A stretch of DNA of 64,000 nt from Octopus bimaculoides (Eukaryota): positions 146,450,097-146,514,096 of the forward strand of contig NC_068984.1 of the NCBI RefSeq assembly GCF_001194135.2. The letters are read 5' to 3'. This document shows, piece by piece, positions 63,060-64,000 of this stretch (within the stretch, counting starts at the first letter, position 1; each line of letters starts with the position of its first letter). Under the pieces are notes generated by a model, which was not told the origin of the DNA, searched no databases, and was given only the letters and a program-made list of their open reading frames with translations. A program made the position numbers and the translations under genes.

Positions 63060-63400
63060 ATGTACAGCAGAGAGCCATAACAATTTTGTTGGAATAGGAA
63101 TGGTAGTCCTCGAAAACAAGGGGGTGAAGTTGCCGTCGGACTTCCCAATATAAACCAAAACAAGAATACAACATAACAGACACGACGTTGTAGTTTTTGA
63201 TAGGAAGAAGAAACTGCGTATGGCAGTCGGTGTGACATGTCCGTTTGATAGGAGGGGAAAAAGAAAAGGGGATAAAAAGTAGATTACTACACCGACTTGA
63301 AGTATGAATGGAGAAATTAAAAAGGTCGTGACCTTGTCTATTAGTTTGGGGCCTTGGGATCAGTTATGAAAAATTCAAGAGCAGAACTTTAAAATCTTGA
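63060..63400 (+). mobile_element. Non-LTR retrotransposon remnant (restriction-like endonuclease C-terminus, R4/CRE type)
   Basis: VLENKGVKLPSDFPI*TKTRIQHNRHDVVVFDRKKK..VTCPFD ... YTDLKYE, then a degenerate GALG-like motif. Confidence 0.7.
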
Positions 63401-63698
63401 TCTTAATCTGGGATTAGGTGTAAATCTGTAAACCTATTTATTTGGTTCGCCAAAAAGTCTTCAAAAGTTCTCAATACAAAATAAAAACAGATACGAAGAG
63501 TAGAAAATAAAACCTTTTCTACAGAAGCTACAAAATGATCTTTATCCTACATTTCACGGGTTGTGGTTTGATGGGAAGCATTGTTTAAATGGGAACAACG
63601 GCAATACTGTGTAACAACAAGAACAACAACAGCGCAAAGAACAAATCGCATGGTGCCGCAGGCTGCAGGTAGGAAGCCCGCTAAGAGAAAATAATAAC

Positions 63699-63746
<48 letters not shown>

Positions 63747-64000
63747 CGAGCCAGGCTAATCGACCAGACAGAGTTATTAAAGACAGGGAAGACCTAATGA
63801 TCTATAAATAGCTTATTATTCAAGCGGAAAATTTTTTCAAGAAATCCAGTTCTATTCATTTCTAATTATTTGGAAAAGCGAAAACAATGAATATTATACG
63901 AAGTTAGATAAATCATTGGTTTCTATTCTTCGGGAAATCTCCGGAGCTTTGGTGGTATGAGATGACTTTTCTGGCCTTCATAGAATGACATACGGTTCTT

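Overview
AT-rich, microsatellite- and SINE-laden animal genomic DNA from a draft assembly with N gaps. The repeat style suggests an octopus/coleoid genome (inference). Five gene-level units are supported. (1) The 5' part of the axonemal dynein regulatory gene DRC1/CCDC164 (minus strand, 7 coding exons, 6995 down to 1002, continuing off the window). (2) A complete 6-exon RPL11 (plus, 7237-18451, 180 aa), head-to-head with DRC1 across 241 bp that holds an RFX X-box and a TCT initiator. RPL11 intron 4 carries three paralogous box H/ACA snoRNAs whose pockets fit 18S rRNA (human-numbered psi609 and psi1174); one copy has a re-targeted 5' pocket. (3) A minus-strand gene with one ~9.2-kb low-complexity exon and small flanking exons (~3200 aa model, no recognisable domain). 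(4) A candidate 81-aa gene whose ATG lies inside a perfect X-box. (5) A candidate two-exon gene whose last exon is split by a 215-bp Mutator-like MITE containing telomeric repeats and a 9-bp target duplication. Mobile DNA includes mariner, piggyBac, pogo-like and RLE-type non-LTR remnants, tRNA-derived SINEs, and Penelope-like fragments carrying minimal hammerhead ribozymes. All alignments and RNA folds were done by eye against remembered reference sequences; no searches were run.
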